In this document: piece by piece, positions 59,365-63,478 of the stretch | Position numbering within the stretch: the first letter of the stretch is position 1 | How the letters are laid out: each line of letters starts with the position of its first letter | Source of the DNA: Anaeromyxobacter sp. | GTDB taxonomy: Bacteria > Myxococcota > Myxococcia > Myxococcales > Anaeromyxobacteraceae | Length of the DNA stretch: 63,478 nt | Assembly: GCA_035456445.1 (NCBI GenBank) | Contig: DATIDF010000350.1 | Span: forward strand, 1-63,478 | Direction of reading: 5' to 3' | The notes under the pieces: model-generated | Seen by the model: the letters and a program-made list of their open reading frames with translations, nothing else | Database searches by the model: none | What the model was told of the DNA's origin: nothing | Made by a program: the position numbers and the translations under genes

Positions 59365-60201
59365 TCAGCGCCGGGCGGGGAGGGTCGCGGCGAGGTCGAG
59401 CGGCACCGGGATGCCCGCCACGTCGGCGGTCCCGGCGAGCCCGAGCTGGACCGGGGCGCCGCGGGCGAGCTCGGTCGCGGCGCGCCCGGCCTTCAGGACG
59501 TTCAGCCGGACGGGGATGGACACGGTCTGCGCCGAGCCGCCCGCCACCTTTGCGAGCGCGGCGTCCTCGGCGCGCGCGACCTCGAGCCCCGCGAGCGACA
59601 GCGCGTAGTCGAGCCGTCCGGGCGGCAGCGGGAAGGCGTTCGGGTTCTTCACGCCGACCTTCACGTCGAGCGCCATCTCGGTGAGGGAGGCGGTGCGGAT
59701 CGACAGGCCCTGGAGGGAGAAGCTCGGCAGGCTGGGGAGCGCGAGCCGGTCGGAGTGCGAGACCGGCAGGTCCACGACGCCGATGGGCGTACGGACCCCG
59801 ACGACACCGGACAGCTTGTACGCGATCGCGTCGCGGCGGCTCGTGAGCAGGCCGACGATCCCGGGCACGTCCCTGTAGCGGACGCGGACGGGGATGGTGA
59901 GCGGCGCGACCCCGCTCGCCGGGATGGAAAGGCCGCCCGGCATGTCGCCCGTCGCGATGCGCGTGCCCTCCACCTCGACGCCCCAGCCGATTCGGGCCAC
60001 GTCGAGCCCGAAGCCGTTGGGGTTCTCGAGATCGAACTTCACCCCGACCGTGGCGCCCTCGAGATCGAGCGCCTCGACGGTCGCCGCCCGGAACGTGAGC
60101 CTCGGCTCCTTGAATGCGACGCGGGCGAGATCCGAGAGGCCGGCGCAGCCAGCGGCGACGAAGGCGAGGAGCGCGATGGCGAGGGCGTGGGTCTTCTTCA
60201 T
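59365..60201 (-). CDS. LEA_2/WHy tandem-domain lipoprotein
   Basis: Lipobox AAGC; two NPN motifs (LENPNGFGL, VKNPNAFPL). Confidence 0.85.
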   Translation of the reverse strand: MKKTHALAIALLAFVAAGCAGLSDLARVAFKEPRLTFRAATVEALDLEGATVGVKFDLENPNGFGLDVARIGWGVEVEGTRIATGDMPGGLSIPASGVAPLTIPVRVRYRDVPGIVGLLTSRRDAIAYKLSGVVGVRTPIGVVDLPVSHSDRLALPSLPSFSLQGLSIRTASLTEMALDVKVGVKNPNAFPLPPGRLDYALSLAGLEVARAEDAALAKVAGGSAQTVSIPVRLNVLKAGRAATELARGAPVQLGLAGTADVAGIPVPLDLAATLPARR

Positions 60202-60328
60202 GGAGATGTTCTACAGGCGTTGGGTGGCGGCCGGCGAGGTGGGACCCAGGGCGTCGAGCGCGGACGGGCCGATCGCGATCGGGAGCGGGAAGCCCATGCG
60301 CACGGGACGGACGGACGGGGGAGGGGCT

Positions 60329-60415
60329 GCATTCACATCCCATCCACGCCCCATCCACCGCCCATCCACCGCGCTTTCCCCCAGAATTTCCGGCGTTTTC
60401 CACCGGCCATCCCCA
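60329..60415 (+). promoter_or_regulatory. Helically phased array of degenerate DnaA-box-like 9-mers
   Basis: GCATTCACA, CCATCCACG, CCATCCACC and CCATCCACC at 11-bp intervals; then CTTTCCCCC, TTTTCCACC and CCATCCCCA. Confidence 0.55.
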
Positions 60416-60455
60416 GTGATCCCGTCGGACGTCGCTGGTAGGCTGCGCCGGTCCC

Positions 60456-61880
60456 ATGGCCGAGCACGATTCCGTCCGGCGCGCCTCCGAGGCGCCCGTC
60501 GCACCGCTGCGCAGCGCCCGCGATCTCCCCCACAGCCTCGAGGCCGAGCAGGCGGTCCTCGGCGCGATCCTGGTCGAGGAGACCGCGTTCGATCAGGTCG
60601 CCGCGCTCATCAAGTCGGCCGACTTCTACCTGCTCTCCCACCAGCACGTGTACGCGGTCTGCGAGGAGCTCGCGCGCGAGTCGAAGACGCTCGACCCGAT
60701 CCTCGTGCAACAGCGCCTCGACGCGAAGGGGCTCCTCGGCAGCGCCGTGCCCCGCGAGCTGCCGCTCTCGCTCGCGCGCGCCATCGGCACGACCGCGAAC
60801 GTCCAGCACTACGCCCGGACCGTGCAGGAGCTGGCCCGGCTGCGCCAGATGATGCTCACCGCCCAGCGGGTGGTGGAGCGCGGCTACGAGGCGGGAGCGA
60901 GCGTCCAGCAGTTCCTCGACTCCGCCCAGCAGGACGTCTTCGGCGCGGCGCAGGGCACCGGCCACGAGACGCTGAAGAAGATCGCCGAGCCCGTGATGCG
61001 GGCGATCGAGAACCTCGAGGCCGTCCAGAAGCGGGTCCAGGCCGGCCTCTCGCCCATCACCGGCGTGCCCACCGGCATCCAGTCGCTCGACAAGAACACC
61101 CTCGGGCTCCAGCCCGGGACGCTCTCGGTGCTCGCCGCCCGCCCCTCGGTCGGCAAGACCGCCTTCGCGCTCAACATCGCGACGCACGCGGCGACCAAGG
61201 CGGGCAAGAAGGTGGCGTTCTTCTCGCTCGAGATGCCGTCCGATCAGCTCGCCCTGCGCATGCTCGCCTCCGAGGCGCGGCTCGACTGGCGCCGGCTCTC
61301 GGCGGGCCAGCTCTCCACCTATGACTGGCAGAAGATCGCGACGCACGCCGACAAGATCGGCGCGGCGTCGATCTGGCTCGACGACAACTTCGTGCTCAGC
61401 CCGGTCGAGCTCCGCTCCAAGTGCCGCAAGCTGAAGCGCGAGAACGGCGGCCTCGACCTCGTCATGATCGACTACCTCCAGCTCATGCACGCGCCCAGCG
61501 ACCGGGCGAGCCAGTCGCGCGAGCAGGAGATCGCGACGATCAGCCGCTCGCTCAAGTCGCTCGCGAAGGAGCTCGAGTGCCCGATCGTGGCGCTCTCGCA
61601 GCTGAACCGCGGCGTCGAGAAGCGCAAGGGCGAGCCGCCGATGCTCTCCGACCTGCGCGAGTCGGGCGCGATCGAGCAGGACGCGGACATCGTCATGTTC
61701 CTGCACCGGAATGACGAGGACAACAAGGACGTCCAGTCCGGCGCGGCGAGCGGCGACACGCTCGAGGTACAGCTCATCGTGGCGAAGCAGCGCCAGGGCC
61801 CGACCGGCACGATCCCGCTCGTGTTCTTCAAGACCACGACCTACTTCGCCGAGATGGAGAGGCGGCGCGACGGGGCGTGA
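60456..61880 (+). CDS. dnaB: Replicative DNA helicase
   Basis: PHSLEAEQAVLG, AARPSVGKT, FFSLEM, IDYLQL, LSQLNR and DLRESGAIEQDAD motifs; no intein-sized insertion. Confidence 0.97.
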   Translation: MAEHDSVRRASEAPVAPLRSARDLPHSLEAEQAVLGAILVEETAFDQVAALIKSADFYLLSHQHVYAVCEELARESKTLDPILVQQRLDAKGLLGSAVPRELPLSLARAIGTTANVQHYARTVQELARLRQMMLTAQRVVERGYEAGASVQQFLDSAQQDVFGAAQGTGHETLKKIAEPVMRAIENLEAVQKRVQAGLSPITGVPTGIQSLDKNTLGLQPGTLSVLAARPSVGKTAFALNIATHAATKAGKKVAFFSLEMPSDQLALRMLASEARLDWRRLSAGQLSTYDWQKIATHADKIGAASIWLDDNFVLSPVELRSKCRKLKRENGGLDLVMIDYLQLMHAPSDRASQSREQEIATISRSLKSLAKELECPIVALSQLNRGVEKRKGEPPMLSDLRESGAIEQDADIVMFLHRNDEDNKDVQSGAASGDTLEVQLIVAKQRQGPTGTIPLVFFKTTTYFAEMERRRDGA

Positions 61881-61907
61881 AGCTCGACGAGCGCGCGTGG
61901 TCCCCGC

Positions 61908-62576
61908 TCACCTGGGTGGATCGCGAGGCCGCTGAGGTCCCCCGGTCCGCAGCGACGCCCCTATTCCCACGAAGACGCCCGGCAGGATCGCGTCCCACGC
62001 GTCGCGGAACGGGACGCGGCCGGCGGTACTCTCCGCCGAGAAGTGGTCGACGGGGAACGGGATGCCGAGGTGGGCCTCCACGACGAGGCCCGCCGGGAAC
62101 GTGAACCGGTAGCCGGCGAGCGGGCCGGGCGCCCAGGTGAAGTACGGACCGATGCGCCAGAACGACACGAGCCCGCCGAGGAACAGGCCGCGCTCGAAGT
62201 CGCCGAGCGCGTACCAGCGGACCTGGCCGGTGATCCCGAGCGCCCACTCGGAGGGGTAGCCGGGGACGGAGACGTTCCCGCCCCCGAACGCCACGGCGGA
62301 GCCGATCCTGCCGCGGCGCATCCGCCGCTCCACGAGCCCCTCGAGGCGCCACCCGTGGTCCGCGCCGTCGAACGGGTTGCCCGCGAGCGAGCCGAGATCG
62401 AGGAGGAGCACGAGATCGCGGGGCGGCGGGGGACGCAGCTGCCGCTCGGCCGGCTCGCCGGGTGCGCGCGTCGCCATCTCCGCGCGCGCCGCGCGAGGCG
62501 CCGCGCCGGCGGCGACGGACACGAGCATCAGCATCGCCGTGCCCGCGCGCGCGAGCCGTGTGTGAATTCGAGCCAT
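61908..62576 (-). CDS. Hypothetical exported, possibly small beta-barrel, protein
   Basis: Signal peptide, then alternating aromatic/Gly strands (QVRWYALG, GLFLGG, AGYRFTF). Confidence 0.55.
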   Translation of the reverse strand: MARIHTRLARAGTAMLMLVSVAAGAAPRAARAEMATRAPGEPAERQLRPPPPRDLVLLLDLGSLAGNPFDGADHGWRLEGLVERRMRRGRIGSAVAFGGGNVSVPGYPSEWALGITGQVRWYALGDFERGLFLGGLVSFWRIGPYFTWAPGPLAGYRFTFPAGLVVEAHLGIPFPVDHFSAESTAGRVPFRDAWDAILPGVFVGIGASLRTGGPQRPRDPPR

Positions 62577-62598
62577 GACGCCCCCGTGGACGCGCATT

Positions 62599-63354
62599 CT
62601 ACCGCGCCGCCCGGTCGAGGTACCGCTCCACGATTCGCTTCGCGCCGCGCACCGCGTCCTCCAGCGACGCGCCGCGCGCGAGCAGCGCCGCGATGGCCGA
62701 GGCGAGCCGGCAGCCCGTCCCGCGCGCCGTCCCGCGGCGGCGGCGGCCCGACATCCGCGTCACTCTGCCGCGCGTGACGAGCAGGTCGAGGGGCGCGCCC
62801 GGGCGATGGCCGCCCTTCACGAGCACCGCGCGCGCGGGGAGCGCGCGGGCGGCGCGGATCGCGGCGTCGTCGCTCGAGACGTCGAGGCCGGTGAGGGCGG
62901 CGAGCTCCGGCAGGTTCGGCGTCACGAGCCGGGCGCGCTCGAGGAGCGGCGCGAGCGCCTCGCCAGGCGCGCGACCCTCCGTGTCGAAGAGCGAGGCGCC
63001 GGAGGAGGCGGCGAGCACCGGATCCACGACGAGCGGGATCTTCTCGAGCGGCGGCTCCGCGAGCCGCCCCGCGAGCGCGCGCGCGAGCGTCCGGGTCGCG
63101 AGCATCCCGGTCTTCACGGCCCGGGGTCGCTCGGGGCCGAGGACGAGCGCGTCGATCTGGGCGAGCAGGATCTTCGCGCTCGCGGGCTCGAACCCGCGCG
63201 CGCCGCCTGGCCCCTGCGCAGTGAGCGCGGCCGCGACCGCCCAGCCCAGCGCGCCGGCCGCGCGTACCGCCTCGAGATCCGCGACGAGGCCGGCGCGGCC
63301 GGAGGGATCGAGGCCGGCGACGAGGAGGACGCGCGGCGAGGGGCCTTTCACCAT
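62599..63354 (-). CDS. thiD: Hydroxymethylpyrimidine/phosphomethylpyrimidine kinase family protein
   Basis: VAGLDPSGRAG, AVKTGML, VVDPVLAASSG, VTPNLPE, VLVKGGH and RGTGC motifs. Confidence 0.85.
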   Translation of the reverse strand: MVKGPSPRVLLVAGLDPSGRAGLVADLEAVRAAGALGWAVAAALTAQGPGGARGFEPASAKILLAQIDALVLGPERPRAVKTGMLATRTLARALAGRLAEPPLEKIPLVVDPVLAASSGASLFDTEGRAPGEALAPLLERARLVTPNLPELAALTGLDVSSDDAAIRAARALPARAVLVKGGHRPGAPLDLLVTRGRVTRMSGRRRRGTARGTGCRLASAIAALLARGASLEDAVRGAKRIVERYLDRAAR

Positions 63355-63478
63355 CCGGCGCGTGGCCCCGGAAGAGCGGCGCGAGCTCACCGCCGGCGAT
63401 CCCGCGCCGCGGCCACGACGCCGCGGTACAGCGCGGCGTGCCGCGGCTCGTGGCGGAGCACGGCCTCGGGGTGCCACT

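Noticed and set aside
60329-60415. oriC
   Set aside because: No perfect DnaA box, no AT-rich unwinding region, and no dnaA/dnaN nearby

Overview
Very GC-rich bacterial chromosomal segment, most consistent with an Anaeromyxobacter-like myxobacterium (inference from gene content: multiheme cytochromes, Ser/Thr kinase, sigma54 activator, RGG-extended S18). It is mostly core genome: prs-rplY-pth-rpsF-rpsR-rplI, mreB, glgC, ogt, add, uvrD/pcrA, rnj-yajQ-rimO, lolA, metH, mgtE, dnaB and a thiD-like gene. Embedded modules: (i) a tricarboxylate-type (Tct) uptake locus with porin, TctDE-like two-component system, an orphan binding protein, tctCBA, AbrB and DUF475 genes, in which the porin and tctC promoters share the same direct-repeat box and -10 architecture; (ii) a respiratory cluster with a sigma54-preceded small membrane protein, a 7-heme c / cytochrome b fusion, a 12-heme cytochrome and a kinase/sigma54 activator pair; (iii) a GT-C-like/methyltransferase/GT2 surface-modification trio; (iv) two M16 peptidase pairs. 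The non-coding DNA holds several small palindromic repeat families (including a 162-bp element with terminal inverted repeats plus two derivatives), two gene remnants, an 11-bp-phased DnaA-box-like array before dnaB, and many apparent leaderless promoters. No rRNA, tRNA, CRISPR array, transposase or prophage gene was recognised. All calls come from reading motifs by eye; no database search was run.
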